Below, piece by piece: positions 53,526-64,000 of a stretch of 64,000 nt of DNA. The stretch is from Neptunomonas sp. GTDB taxonomy: Bacteria; Pseudomonadota; Gammaproteobacteria; Pseudomonadales; Balneatricaceae. The stretch spans positions 45,990 through 109,989 of the forward strand of contig DAIRSP010000001.1 in NCBI GenBank assembly GCA_036804365.1, written 5' to 3'. The first letter of the stretch is position 1. Each line of letters begins with the position of its first letter. A model generated the notes under the pieces. That model had not been told where the DNA came from, did no database searches, and worked only from the letters and a program-made list of their open reading frames with translations. The position numbers were made by a program, and so were the translations under genes.

Positions 53526-56500
53526 ATGAATAGTTTTATCGGGCTGTTTCAAAATGCCATCCTGCTACTGGCCCTATCCGTAGTTTATGACGCCTTAGCT
53601 AATTACAGTCATGTGAATAAACGCATTCGGGATGTGATCACAGGCGTGCTCGTTGGATGTGTGGCCATTGCAGTAATGTTAACCCCTTGGGAGATGTCTC
53701 CCGGGGTTTTCTTTGATTCTCGCTGGATTTTGATGTGTATTTCCGGCTTGTATTTTGGTCCTATACCCACGCTGGTTGCGGCGCTTATGGCAGTAACACT
53801 GCGCCTTTTTCAAGGGGGCGACGGTATCTATGTAGGCTCGATGGTGATTATTTGTAGCTCGCTTATTGGTTTATATTGGCGTCATTGGCACCACAAAACA
53901 GGCAGAGATATTACTCTAGTGAGTCTATATCTCATGGGTATCGCGGTGCAGCTAACCGTACTTTTCTTAATGCTATTTATGCCGTCGGCAATGCGGTTTG
54001 CCATAATTAGTCAATTGTTTATCCCTTTGCTTACTATCTTTCCTATTGTGACTGTATTAATGGGAATATTATTACGAGAGCAGAGAAATAAGGAGGCAAC
54101 CAAGCTCGAATTAATCGAAAATAAAAATCTACTCGATCGAGAGCGAAGTCTCCTAAAAGAGTTGTTAGATGGTATTCCAGACTTGATCTTCTACAAGTCT
54201 AAAGAGGGCGTCTATCAAGGCTGTAATCAGGCGTTTGCGGACTTTGTGGGCAAGCCCTATTCGGAGATCGTTGGCAAGACCGACTTCGATCTTTTCGATA
54301 AAGACGTAGCTGAATTCTTTCGCGAAAAAGATAAGCATATATTGGACACCCTGTGTGCCAGAACTAATGAAGAAACCGTGCTGTACCCTGATAAAACCCC
54401 AGCACTGTTAGAAACCCTCAAAACCCCCTTATTAGGTGAGCGTGGTCAAATCTATGGCGTTGTAGGTATTAGCCGAGATATTACCGAGCGAAATCGGTTG
54501 TATGAACATATTCGAATTAATGAAAATATCTATCGCCATGTATTAAAAACGGCCATTGATGGTTTTTGGATCATCACACCGGATGGGGTTATTCAAGACG
54601 TTAATACCGCCTACGAGAAGATGTCGGGCTATACACACCAAGAATTACTCAATATGAGCATAGATAAACTCGATTTCTATGAGAATACGACTCAGGTGCT
54701 GCAGCATATTGAGCATATCAAAAACGAAGTACATCACCGTTTTGAGTCTAAGCATCGACGTAAAGACGGTAGCATTTTTGATGTTGAGATCAACGTTACT
54801 TTCTGGCCGGAAGAGGGAGGCAAAATTTTCGTTTTTATCAAGGACATTACGGAGCGACATATTGCTGAAACCTTGCTTCAAGCCAGTGAGGCGCGCTTCA
54901 GACATATTTTTGAGCATACCCCCATGATGGCGGTGCAGGGATATGATCGGCACCATCGCGTTGTATTTTGGAATCAGGCGAGTGAAGATCTTTTTGGTTA
55001 TCAGGCCGACAAAGCACTAGGTCGCTCGATGGAGGCACTGATTGTTCCTGAGCATAGGCGGGAACAAGTTCGGGTTCAATTAGAGAGGTGGTTTGAGCAA
55101 AAGCAGGCTAGCGACCCAGGGGAAACTATCCTTCAGACTGCTGAAGGTAAATCTATACATGTCTACTCTAGCCAGGTGGTCTTTGAACGCTCAGATGGCG
55201 AAAAAGAACTGTACTGTGTGCAGATGGATTTAACGGCGCTTAAAAAGGCGGAAGATCAGGTGGTGACTCTGTCGCAAGCGATTGAGCAAAGCCCTGTATC
55301 CATCTTGCTGACTGATACCCAAGGGCTGATTGAGTATGTGAATGCCGAGTTTGAAAAAGTCACTGGTTATTCCCGCGAAGAGGTGCAGGGAAAGTCTACG
55401 AGCATGCTAAAGTCGGGCAATACTCCGCTGGGTAAATATCAGGAGCTATGGTCATTGCTTAAAGAGGGGCGCTCTTGGAAAGGTGAGTTTCAAAATAGTA
55501 AGAAAGATGGCACGGTCTTTTGGGAAAGCGCGCATATCGCGCCATTAACTAATAGCGTAGGTGCAATTACCCATTACCTCGCGGTAAAACAGGATATCAC
55601 GCAGAATAAGGTTCAGGAGGAAAGAATACTTCATCAGGCTCACTTCGATAGTTTAACCGACCTGCCGAATCGCTTTTTGTCCCTCGATCGTCTTGAGCAG
55701 ATGATAAAAGAGGCTAAGCGCTTTAAAGCCCAAGTAGCTGTGTTCTTCTTGGATCTTGATGACTTCAAAAAGGTTAACGATACCCTTGGGCATCAAGTTG
55801 GCGATGAGTTGCTTAAAGATGCAGCAAAACGTTTGAGTGGAGCGGTCAGAGAGGCAGATATTGTCGGACGATTAGGCGGCGATGAATTTATCGTTATGAT
55901 GAACTTGAAGCAGGGTACTTCAGCCATCACTCAGGTTGCAAAGAATTTGCTAGAGGCGTTTCGCGCACCCTTTAAATTAGATGAACGTGAACTGGTTTCC
56001 ACCGTCAGTGTGGGTGTGTCAGTGTATCCTGACGATGGCCGCACCCCAGCAGAGCTCCTTCGTCAAGCGGATGCTGCTATGTACTACTCAAAGGCAGAAG
56101 GGCGAAATACATTTAATTTTTATACAGAAAGTATGAATAAAGATGTGGCTCGTCGTTTGTTGATTGAAGAGCAACTGCGCAGTGCTTTAGATAATCACGA
56201 ATTAGAGGTGTTCTATCAGCCGGTTATTAGTTTTACGGATCGTAAACTGGTAGGTGCAGAAGCTTTATTGCGCTGGCACAATCCTGTGTTAGGTCACATT
56301 ACGCCAGATGAGTTTATTCCCATTGCAGAACAAACGGGTTTAATCGTTACGATTGGGCGTTTCGTTTTAGAGCAAGCTTTGTCTCAATCTGCACAATGGC
56401 GTTCAGACTATGTGCCTGATTTCACGATTGCCGTTAACCTCTCTCCTCGCCAGTTTAGAGATGAGCAGCTTGTGCCGCAAATAATCTCCTTAATGGAGAG

Positions 56501-56927
56501 CACTCGAACCTTACCGAGTCAGATAGAATTAGAAATAACGGAAGGGGTGTTGATGAGTGGGCATGCTGCGGTTGATGATATGCTATCGAGTATCCACAGC
56601 TTAGGCATCAGTATATCGATGGATGACTTTGGTACAGGCTATTCATCCTTGAGCTATTTGCGCAGCTATCCATTTAATATTCTTAAAATTGATAAAAGCT
56701 TTATCTCAGATATTGAAGTAGATCAGGGGGACTTGGAACTGGTTGCTGCGGCTATTTCAATGGCTCATGGTTTAGGACTTAAGGTGATTGCAGAGGGTGT
56801 GGAAACTGAACAGCAGTATCAACTGTTACTAGCGTTAAAATGCGATTTTGCTCAAGGCTATCTCTTTGGTAGGCCTCTGCCTCATAATGAATTCCAAGCA
56901 CTGTTAAATCAGCGTTTGTATTTGTAA
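53526..56927 (+). CDS. Membrane-anchored diguanylate cyclase/phosphodiesterase: LytS/YhcK-type 5TM sensor, four PAS, GGDEF, EAL
   Basis: PGVFFDSRW and GLYFGP in the TM region; four PAS/PAC units; READ-x5-GGDEF; AEALLRW, DDFGTGYSS, AEGVE. Confidence 0.93.
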   Translation: MNSFIGLFQNAILLLALSVVYDALANYSHVNKRIRDVITGVLVGCVAIAVMLTPWEMSPGVFFDSRWILMCISGLYFGPIPTLVAALMAVTLRLFQGGDGIYVGSMVIICSSLIGLYWRHWHHKTGRDITLVSLYLMGIAVQLTVLFLMLFMPSAMRFAIISQLFIPLLTIFPIVTVLMGILLREQRNKEATKLELIENKNLLDRERSLLKELLDGIPDLIFYKSKEGVYQGCNQAFADFVGKPYSEIVGKTDFDLFDKDVAEFFREKDKHILDTLCARTNEETVLYPDKTPALLETLKTPLLGERGQIYGVVGISRDITERNRLYEHIRINENIYRHVLKTAIDGFWIITPDGVIQDVNTAYEKMSGYTHQELLNMSIDKLDFYENTTQVLQHIEHIKNEVHHRFESKHRRKDGSIFDVEINVTFWPEEGGKIFVFIKDITERHIAETLLQASEARFRHIFEHTPMMAVQGYDRHHRVVFWNQASEDLFGYQADKALGRSMEALIVPEHRREQVRVQLERWFEQKQASDPGETILQTAEGKSIHVYSSQVVFERSDGEKELYCVQMDLTALKKAEDQVVTLSQAIEQSPVSILLTDTQGLIEYVNAEFEKVTGYSREEVQGKSTSMLKSGNTPLGKYQELWSLLKEGRSWKGEFQNSKKDGTVFWESAHIAPLTNSVGAITHYLAVKQDITQNKVQEERILHQAHFDSLTDLPNRFLSLDRLEQMIKEAKRFKAQVAVFFLDLDDFKKVNDTLGHQVGDELLKDAAKRLSGAVREADIVGRLGGDEFIVMMNLKQGTSAITQVAKNLLEAFRAPFKLDERELVSTVSVGVSVYPDDGRTPAELLRQADAAMYYSKAEGRNTFNFYTESMNKDVARRLLIEEQLRSALDNHELEVFYQPVISFTDRKLVGAEALLRWHNPVLGHITPDEFIPIAEQTGLIVTIGRFVLEQALSQSAQWRSDYVPDFTIAVNLSPRQFRDEQLVPQIISLMESTRTLPSQIELEITEGVLMSGHAAVDDMLSSIHSLGISISMDDFGTGYSSLSYLRSYPFNILKIDKSFISDIEVDQGDLELVAAAISMAHGLGLKVIAEGVETEQQYQLLLALKCDFAQGYLFGRPLPHNEFQALLNQRLYL

Positions 56928-56934
56928 CTAGGTG

Positions 56935-56966
56935 AAAAAAGGCAGCTAGTTGAGCTAGCTGCCTTT
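56935..56966 (-). terminator. Terminator after ettA (possibly bidirectional)
   Basis: AAAAAAGGCAGCTAG-ttgag-CTAGCTGCCTTT. Confidence 0.85.
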
Positions 56967-56976
56967 GTATTAGAGA

Positions 56977-58635
56977 TTAGCCAATACGCTTGTATTTAAT
57001 ACGTTCTGGCTGGTGGTCTTTGCCGAAGCGGCGTTTGTAATCTTCAGCATACTCAGTGTAGTTGCCGTCGAAGAAGGTAACATGCGAATCACCTTCGTAG
57101 GCCAGCATATGAGTACAGACACGGTCTAAGAACCAACGGTCATGCGAGATAACCACAGCGCAACCTGGGAAGGCTAGCAGTGCTTCCTCCAGTGCGCGAA
57201 GTGTTTCAACATCAAGGTCGTTGGTTGGCTCATCGAGTAGCAGAACGTTGCCTCCCTCTTTGAGTAATTTAGCGAGGTGCAAGCGGTTACGCTCACCGCC
57301 CGATAAATCGCCAACACGTTTCTGTTGGTCAGAACCTTTAAAGTTAAAACGGCCACAGTACGCGCGCGAAGGCGTTTGGTAGCTGCCGATCGTGATAATA
57401 TCTTGGCCGTCAGACAACTCTTCCCAAACTGTCTTGTCGCCATTGAGCTGGCGCATCTGATCAACATAAGCCAGTTTTACGGTACTGCCGATGACCACTT
57501 CACCTGAATCCGGTTTCTCTTCACCCGCAATCATTTTGAACAGCGTCGACTTACCCGCACCGTTACCACCAATCACGCCAACGATAGCGCCTTGTGGAAT
57601 ACTGAGGCTAAGGTTTTCGAACAGCAGTTTGTCGCCGTAAGACTTGGTGACGTTATTGAGTTCAATGACTTTTTCACCTAAGCGCGGTCCTGGCGGAATA
57701 TATATCTCTTGAGTTTCGTTACGCGCTTGGAATTCCCGAGAGTTCATCTCTTCGAACTGTTTTAGACGCGCTTTGGATTTGGCTTGGCGGCCTTTTTGTC
57801 CTTGGCGAACCCACTCTAACTCTGATTTAACGGCTTTCTGGTGAGCAGCTTCCTGTTTAGATTCTTGCTCTAAACGCTTCTCTTTTTGCTCGAGCCAAGA
57901 AGAGTAGTTGCCTTCGTATGGAATACCGTGGCCACGGTCAAGTTCGAGAATCCAACCCGCTGCGTTATCCAAGAAGTAACGGTCATGGGTAATCGCCACA
58001 ACGGTGCCTGGGTATTCTTGAAGGAAGCGCTCAATCCACGCAATGGACTCAGCATCCAAATGGTTGGTTGGCTCATCGAGCAATAGCATATCGGGTTTAT
58101 CAAGCAACAAACGGCAGAGTGCTACACGGCGACGCTCACCTCCTGAAAGATGCTCCACTTTGGCTTCCCAAGGGGGGAGTCGCATGGCATCTGCGGCACG
58201 CTCTAATGCGATATCCAAGCTATGACCATCTTTCGCTTCGATCAGGTTTTCTAGCTCCGCTTGTTTTTTGGCAAGCTCGTCAAAGTCCGCATCGGGTTCA
58301 GCGTAAGCGGCATAGACTTTATCTAGCTCAGCTAACGCTTCTTTAACATCGGCAACCGATTCTTCAATAATCTCACGTACCGTTTTACTGTCATCCAGTT
58401 GCGGTTCCTGAGGGAGATAGCCAACCTTAATGTTCGGCATCGGACGTGCTTCACCAATAAAGTCGTTATCCACACCCGCCATAATTTTTAATAGCGTAGA
58501 CTTACCCGAGCCATTTAATCCCAACACGCCAATTTTCGCGCCAGGAAAAAACGATAAAGAGATATCTTTTAATATCTGACGTTTAGGCGGGACAATTTTA
58601 CCTAAACGGTTCATGGTATAAACGTACTGTGCCAT
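56977..58635 (-). CDS. ettA: Energy-dependent translational throttle protein (ABC-F)
   Basis: MAQYVYTMNRLGKIVPPKRQIL, two ABC domains, ELEWVR linker, no TM. Confidence 0.97.
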   Translation of the reverse strand: MAQYVYTMNRLGKIVPPKRQILKDISLSFFPGAKIGVLGLNGSGKSTLLKIMAGVDNDFIGEARPMPNIKVGYLPQEPQLDDSKTVREIIEESVADVKEALAELDKVYAAYAEPDADFDELAKKQAELENLIEAKDGHSLDIALERAADAMRLPPWEAKVEHLSGGERRRVALCRLLLDKPDMLLLDEPTNHLDAESIAWIERFLQEYPGTVVAITHDRYFLDNAAGWILELDRGHGIPYEGNYSSWLEQKEKRLEQESKQEAAHQKAVKSELEWVRQGQKGRQAKSKARLKQFEEMNSREFQARNETQEIYIPPGPRLGEKVIELNNVTKSYGDKLLFENLSLSIPQGAIVGVIGGNGAGKSTLFKMIAGEEKPDSGEVVIGSTVKLAYVDQMRQLNGDKTVWEELSDGQDIITIGSYQTPSRAYCGRFNFKGSDQQKRVGDLSGGERNRLHLAKLLKEGGNVLLLDEPTNDLDVETLRALEEALLAFPGCAVVISHDRWFLDRVCTHMLAYEGDSHVTFFDGNYTEYAEDYKRRFGKDHQPERIKYKRIG

Positions 58636-58702
58636 AAGCCCTCAGTGCGTGGTTAATTATTGATCAATTTGGGATTTTACCTGCGAGGCTGAATGAAAGC
58701 TA

Positions 58703-59083
58703 TTAGTTGCTTTCACTCGCAGGGACAAAACGCTGCTCTAGATAGCGAATAATATCGCTGGATTCATATAACCAGCTAACAGAACCGTCGTCATTCGCTA
58801 TACGCAAACAAGGCACCTGAATGCGGCCGCCTTCTTTTAGTAGTTCTTCTTTATACATCGCATTATTTTTCGCATCACGCAACTCGATATTCAATGAGTA
58901 ACGTTTGAGTGCTCTGCGAACTTTGACGCAGAACGGGCATGCGTGGAATTGGTAGATCGCAAGATGGCGCGTTTGCTGATCAACTTGTGCCTGCGCGTCT
59001 TTAGAGCGCTTCATGCCACGTGGTGTGGTTAGAAAGTTGATCGTCAGAATAATTCGGCCTAAAAACCAGCGGATAAAAGCCAT
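58703..59083 (-). CDS. Glutaredoxin / GST N-terminal domain protein
   Basis: YQFHACPFCVKVRR, QVPCLRI, LYESSDII. Confidence 0.88.
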   Translation of the reverse strand: MAFIRWFLGRIILTINFLTTPRGMKRSKDAQAQVDQQTRHLAIYQFHACPFCVKVRRALKRYSLNIELRDAKNNAMYKEELLKEGGRIQVPCLRIANDDGSVSWLYESSDIIRYLEQRFVPASESN

Positions 59084-59290
59084 GGTGTTGTTCTCGGTAA
59101 ACAGTCAAAAGGAGCGCTAGTTTACCACGTTACTCTAAATATCATTAGTCATAGCTGAAATATGAATCCTACTCGTGTCGATGTGATGGAGTTTCAAGTG
59201 CGCTTTTTAGATAAATAGGAGTATAATGCCTTCCTTTTTTAGGGCTGGGCTGATATGTCCTGGCAACACCTGTAATTCTAGGGGATAGCT

Positions 59291-60547
59291 ATGTTTAGCA
59301 AAGATATGTCAATTGCGGACTTTGATGCTGATCTGTGGTCAGCAATGCAGTCTGAATCCACACGTCAGGAAGAGCACATCGAACTGATTGCTTCTGAAAA
59401 CTACACAAGCCCACGTGTAATGGAAGCACAAGGTTCAGTTCTGACTAACAAATATGCAGAAGGCTATCCTAACAAGCGTTACTACGGCGGTTGTGAATAC
59501 GTGGATGTTGTTGAACAACTAGCGATTGATCGTGCTTGCGAATTGTTCGGCGCAACTTATGCAAACGTTCAGCCTCACTCAGGTTCGCAAGCAAACGCTG
59601 CTGTCTATATGGCGCTATGCAAACCAGGTGACACCGTATTAGGTATGAGCTTGGCACACGGCGGCCACTTAACACATGGTGCTGCGGTTTCTTTCTCTGG
59701 CCGTATCTACAACGCTGTTCAATATGGTTTGAACCCAGAAACTGGCGAAATCGACTACGCAGAAGTTGAACGTTTAGCTGTAGAGCACAAGCCAAAAATG
59801 ATCGTTGCAGGTTTCTCTGCTTACTCTCGTATTGTTGACTGGGCTAAGTTCCGCGAAATCGCTGACAAAGTAGGCGCTTACTTATTCGTTGATATGGCAC
59901 ACATTGCTGGTTTGGTTGCGGCGGGTGTTTACCCATCACCTATCGAAATCGCTGATGTTGTAACGACGACAACACACAAAACATTAGGCGGCCCACGTGG
60001 CGGCTTGATCCTGTCTGCACGTGCGGATGAAGACCTACAGAAAAAGCTAAACTTTGCTGTATTCCCAGAATCACAAGGTGGCCCGTTAATGCACGTGGTT
60101 GCGGCTAAAGCGGTGTGCTTCAAAGAAGCAATGGAACCAGAATGGAAAGCTTACCAAGCGCAGGTAGTTAAAAACGCGCAGGCAATGGCGAACACCTTTA
60201 TGGAACGTGGTATCAATATCGTATCTAACGGTACCGATGACCATCTGTTCTTGGTTGATCTGATCAACAAAGAATTTTCTGGTAAAGACGCTGATGCGGC
60301 TTTAGGTCGTGCCAACATCACAGTTAACAAAAACTCTGTGCCTAACGATCCGCGTTCACCTTTCGTCACTTCCGGTATCCGTATTGGTACGCCGGCTGTT
60401 ACGCGTCGTGGTTTCAAAGAAGAAGAAGTAACGCAGTTGACTAACTGGATTTGCGATATTTTGGATGATATCAATAATGAAGCGGTGATCGAGCGCGTTA
60501 AGGCTCAGGTTCTTGATATTTGTTCTCGTTTCCCAGTTTATAAATAA
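59291..60547 (+). CDS. glyA: Serine hydroxymethyltransferase
   Basis: [34 protein letters not shown]. Confidence 0.98.
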   Translation: MFSKDMSIADFDADLWSAMQSESTRQEEHIELIASENYTSPRVMEAQGSVLTNKYAEGYPNKRYYGGCEYVDVVEQLAIDRACELFGATYANVQPHSGSQANAAVYMALCKPGDTVLGMSLAHGGHLTHGAAVSFSGRIYNAVQYGLNPETGEIDYAEVERLAVEHKPKMIVAGFSAYSRIVDWAKFREIADKVGAYLFVDMAHIAGLVAAGVYPSPIEIADVVTTTTHKTLGGPRGGLILSARADEDLQKKLNFAVFPESQGGPLMHVVAAKAVCFKEAMEPEWKAYQAQVVKNAQAMANTFMERGINIVSNGTDDHLFLVDLINKEFSGKDADAALGRANITVNKNSVPNDPRSPFVTSGIRIGTPAVTRRGFKEEEVTQLTNWICDILDDINNEAVIERVKAQVLDICSRFPVYK

Positions 60548-60569
60548 GCCCTGAATCGGTAGAATATGC

Positions 60570-60595
60570 AGGGCGGCTCACCGAGTCGCCCTTTT
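60570..60595 (+). terminator. Intrinsic terminator after glyA
   Basis: AGGGCGGCTC-acc-GAGTCGCCCT followed by T-run. Confidence 0.75.
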
Positions 60596-60677
60596 GCGTT
60601 TTTAACGCTGTTACATATTGCTCTTTTTTGAACGCATTCTCGAATGTGATCACGCTCTTTTATGATAGGAACACGCT

Positions 60678-61145
60678 ATGCATTGCCCGTTTTGCGGTAC
60701 CAATGAAACGAAAGTGGTTGATTCCCGACTGGTGGCAGAAGGCCAGCAGGTTAGGCGTCGCCGTGAGTGCATTGCCTGTCATGAACGCTTTACTAGCTTT
60801 GAAATAGCCGAACTTCTGATGCCGCGTCTCATCAAAGCCGATGGCACACGCCAGCCTTTTGATGAAGACAAACTACGTGCTGGGATTCATCGCGCGTTGG
60901 AAAAACGTCCTGTCAGTGTCGAAAAAATCGAAGCCTGTATCAATCGCATCAAGCATAGACTTCGTGCAACTGGCGAACGTGAAATTCCTTCTAGGCAAGT
61001 CGGTGAAGAGGTGATGGCCGCCTTACGTAAGCTCGATCAGGTCGCTTATGTTCGCTTTGCATCTGTGTATCGCAGCTTCCAAGACATAAACGAATTTAAA
61101 GAAGAGATTGATCGCCTGTCAGAAGATCAAGAAGGCGAAAGCTAA
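60678..61145 (+). CDS. nrdR: Transcriptional repressor NrdR
   Basis: MHCPFC, RRRREC, ATP cone, [10 protein letters not shown]. Confidence 0.98.
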   Translation: MHCPFCGTNETKVVDSRLVAEGQQVRRRRECIACHERFTSFEIAELLMPRLIKADGTRQPFDEDKLRAGIHRALEKRPVSVEKIEACINRIKHRLRATGEREIPSRQVGEEVMAALRKLDQVAYVRFASVYRSFQDINEFKEEIDRLSEDQEGES

Positions 61146-61148
61146 TCT

Positions 61149-62261
61149 ATGTCCGATTTTAACGCCCAAGACACCGCTTTTATGGCTGAAGCTATTCGTT
61201 TAGCGCAGCTGGGTATTTATACCACGCACCCTAATCCAAGAGTGGGCTGCGTGTTGGTTAACGCAGGCAAAGTGGTTGGGCGTGGTTATCACGTTCGAGC
61301 AGGAGAGGGTCACGCAGAAGTGAACGCCCTGCGTGAAGCGGGTGAATTAGCTCAAGGGGCTACCGCTTATGTTACGTTAGAGCCTTGTAGCCATTTTGGG
61401 CGAACCCCTCCATGTGCTGATGGCCTTGTCAAAGCTGGCGTCGTGCGAGTTGTCAGTGCAATGCAAGATCCTAATCCGCAAGTCGCGGGTCGTGGCTTGC
61501 AACGACTCAAAGATGCAGGCATACAAGCAGAAGTGGGTTTATTAGAAGCTCAAGCGCGCAGTTTAAATCCGGGGTTTATCAAGCGTATGGAAACGGGGTT
61601 GCCGTTTGTTCGAGTTAAACTAGCGATGAGCGTAGATGGCCGTACCGCGATGCAAAGCGGAGAGTCGCAGTGGATTACTGGCTCAGCCGCTCGACAAGAT
61701 GTTCAGCGTCTGCGTGCAAAAAGTTCAGCTATTATTACTGGCATAGGTTCTATCTTGCTGGATGACTCTGCACTCACTGTTCGTCCAGCTGAGTTAGGGC
61801 TAGAGAATGCTGAGCAGATTGCTACACGCCAACCTCTGCGTGTGGTTTTAGACACGACGGGGCGTATGCCAGAACAAGCAAAAATATTACAACAGCCCGG
61901 GCGCACGCTTTGGGTCACGACGGGTGAGCGAGAAATGCCGGGTGCGGAAGTGATTGCACCTGAATCGCTAGATGGTCGAGTTGATCTTAAATGGCTATTA
62001 ACTTACTTGGCTGAAACTGAGCAGGTTAATGAGGTGTTAGTCGAGGCGGGTGCGCAACTCTCAGGCGCATTTATAGAGGCAGGTTTAGCGGATGAGCTTG
62101 TCGTTTATATGGCACCTACTTTGATGGGCTCCTCTGCACGACCTCTGTTACATCTACCATTAGATAAAATGGCGCAGCAAAAGCGTATGCAGATGTTGGA
62201 TTTGCGCCAACTAGGCGATGATATTCGCATGACTTACCGCTTAGATAAGGTGTTGTCTTAA
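61149..62261 (+). CDS. ribD: Riboflavin biosynthesis deaminase/reductase
   Basis: PNPRVGC, HAE, LEPCSHFGRTPPC, ESQWIT, VEAG. Confidence 0.97.
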   Translation: MSDFNAQDTAFMAEAIRLAQLGIYTTHPNPRVGCVLVNAGKVVGRGYHVRAGEGHAEVNALREAGELAQGATAYVTLEPCSHFGRTPPCADGLVKAGVVRVVSAMQDPNPQVAGRGLQRLKDAGIQAEVGLLEAQARSLNPGFIKRMETGLPFVRVKLAMSVDGRTAMQSGESQWITGSAARQDVQRLRAKSSAIITGIGSILLDDSALTVRPAELGLENAEQIATRQPLRVVLDTTGRMPEQAKILQQPGRTLWVTTGEREMPGAEVIAPESLDGRVDLKWLLTYLAETEQVNEVLVEAGAQLSGAFIEAGLADELVVYMAPTLMGSSARPLLHLPLDKMAQQKRMQMLDLRQLGDDIRMTYRLDKVLS

Positions 62262-62926
62262 TGTTTACAGGCATAATTGAAGCGGTTGGGCATGTTGCCG
62301 CTGTTCAGTTAATTCAAGGCGATATGCGCCTTTACATTCGTACCGGTGAGCTAGATCTATCCGATGTGCAGTTAGGTGACAGTATCGCAACGAACGGAGT
62401 GTGCTTAACGGCGGTTGAACTTCCGGGTGATGGGTTTTGGGCGGATGTTTCCAAAGAGTCCTTAGCCCATACTCGGTTTGAATCACTCAAAGTGGGTGAG
62501 AAGGTCAATTTAGAAAAAGCACTGATGCCAACGAGTCGCCTCGGTGGTCATATTGTGACCGGCCACGTGGATGGTATTGGCCAGATTATCGAGCGCAGTG
62601 AAGCTGCACGCTCGATACATTTTGTGGTTAAAGCGCCGAGTGAGCTTGCTCGCTATATAGCAGGGAAAGGCTCGATCACCGTTGATGGTGTGAGCTTGAC
62701 AGTGAACGCTGTTAACGGAAGTGAGTTTACCCTGAATATCGTTCCCCATACGGCGCAAGAAACGTTGATAGATCATTATAAGGTAGGCACTCAGGTGCAT
62801 TTAGAGGTCGACATTATTGCACGTTATATGGAACGTTTGTTGACAGCAGGCCGACCGACAGAAGATGGTCACTCAGGTGGTTTAACGCTAGCGAAGCTAG
62901 CTGAACATGGTTTTATGAAGCGCTAA
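62261..62926 (+). CDS. ribE: Riboflavin synthase (alpha chain; ribC in E. coli nomenclature)
   Basis: MFTGIIE, GDSIATNGVCLT, GGHIVTGHVDG, KGSITVDGVSLTVN. Confidence 0.96.
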   Translation: MFTGIIEAVGHVAAVQLIQGDMRLYIRTGELDLSDVQLGDSIATNGVCLTAVELPGDGFWADVSKESLAHTRFESLKVGEKVNLEKALMPTSRLGGHIVTGHVDGIGQIIERSEAARSIHFVVKAPSELARYIAGKGSITVDGVSLTVNAVNGSEFTLNIVPHTAQETLIDHYKVGTQVHLEVDIIARYMERLLTAGRPTEDGHSGGLTLAKLAEHGFMKR

Positions 62927-62950
62927 GCGCACAGAGACAGGAATTTAATG

Positions 62951-64000
62951 ATGGAGCTGAATAGCCCACAAGAACTGATTGAAGATATTCGTCAGGGTAA
63001 GATGGTCATCCTGATGGATGACGAAGATCGTGAAAATGAAGGTGATATCGTTATTGCAGCTGATATGGTGCGCGCTGAAGATATTAACTTTATGGCGATG
63101 CACGCACGTGGTTTAATCTGTTTGACGCTCACGCGTGAACGCTGCCAACAGTTGAAACTACCTCTGATGGTACAGAGTAACGGCGCTCAGTTCTCTACGA
63201 ACTTTACCTTATCGATCGAAGCGGCGAGTGGCGTGACAACAGGTATCTCTGCTGCTGATAGAGCACACACAGTGCGTGTTGCAGTCAAAGGTGACGCCAA
63301 GCCTGAAGATATCGTCCAGCCAGGACATATTTTTCCTCTGATGGCACAGCCCGGTGGCGTTCTTAGTCGCGCGGGTCATACGGAAGCCGGTTGTGATCTA
63401 GCGCGTTTAGCTGGGCTAACGCCTGCCGGTGTTATCGTTGAGATTATGAATGATGACGGTACGATGGCACGTCGTCCAGATCTTGAAAAGTTCGCCCAAA
63501 AGCATGGTATCAAAATTGGTACGATTGCTGACTTGATTCACTACCGTACAACCAATGAACGCACCGTTGAAAAAGCCGATCAAGGCGTTATCGCGACAGA
63601 GTTTGGCGATTTCAACTACGTAACGTATCGCGATACGATCCAGAACGTGACTCATTTGGCGCTGACAAAAGGTGATATCAGCACCGAAGATCCAACATTG
63701 GTTCGTGTTCATATTCGCGGAGATGTGTTACGTGACCTTGTGGGAATGACCAGTGAAAGTGACTCTAAATGGACCATGCATCGTGCCTTAGAGCGAGTTG
63801 CCAAAGAGGGTAAAGGCGTCGTGCTGTTGCTCGATAACGGCCAGCGTGAAGATCTAGGAACAGCGCTTAATCGTGTGATGGGTAAACAACCTAAAACACG
63901 TGCAGCTAATTTTAGTTCTTCAGGTGCTTACCTGACTGTCGGTACCGGTTCACAGATATTGCGTGACTTAGGCGTGGGTAAAATGCGTCTTTTGAGCTCA
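62951..64000 (+). CDS. ribB: DHBP synthase fused to a degenerate GTP cyclohydrolase II-like domain (RibBX-type); runs off window end
   Basis: Not in ORF track. [49 protein letters not shown], then VRVH...[19 protein letters not shown]; alternative ATG 62948. Confidence 0.92.
   Translation, partial: MELNSPQELIEDIRQGKMVILMDDEDRENEGDIVIAADMVRAEDINFMAMHARGLICLTLTRERCQQLKLPLMVQSNGAQFSTNFTLSIEAASGVTTGISAADRAHTVRVAVKGDAKPEDIVQPGHIFPLMAQPGGVLSRAGHTEAGCDLARLAGLTPAGVIVEIMNDDGTMARRPDLEKFAQKHGIKIGTIADLIHYRTTNERTVEKADQGVIATEFGDFNYVTYRDTIQNVTHLALTKGDISTEDPTLVRVHIRGDVLRDLVGMTSESDSKWTMHRALERVAKEGKGVVLLLDNGQREDLGTALNRVMGKQPKTRAANFSSSGAYLTVGTGSQILRDLGVGKMRLLSS

Noticed and set aside
59084..59290. Riboswitch (glycine, ZTP or THF) upstream of glyA
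   Set aside because: Leader after the -10 is only about 60 nt and shows no recognisable aptamer motifs

Overview
A gene-dense core-chromosome segment from a gammaproteobacterium. Gene order is Pseudomonas-like (priA/argS/SPOR/hslVU/DUF971/ubiEJ; rpmE-nuclease-malic enzyme-mrcA-pilMNOPQ-aroKB-AAA/SPOR-gltBD; radA-PilZ; ettA-glyA; nrdR-ribD-ribE-ribB), but GC is moderate by eye. An Oceanospirillales-type marine organism is my inference, not a database result. It holds about 54 intact CDS, with glcB and ribB(X) truncated by the window edges. I found no tRNA/rRNA, transposase, integrase, prophage, CRISPR array or defence island, and no clearly new multi-gene system. Best leads: (1) a PutA whose C-terminal ALDH-like domain is a separate gene; (2) the rpmE terminator doubling as the code for the signal peptide of a translationally coupled nuclease; (3) a divergent pair of a MapZ-like PilZ gene and a 5TM-LytS-type/PAS/GGDEF/EAL gene; (4) an E. 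coli-type purEK cassette wedged between putA and an AraC regulator, bordered by a perfect 30-bp palindrome; (5) RibB fused to a catalytically dead cyclohydrolase domain; (6) several regulatory structures (mirror-symmetric metY/radA promoter, sigma32 and sigma28 promoters, L31 leader, RccR-like box). All calls come from reading motifs by eye; no searches were run.
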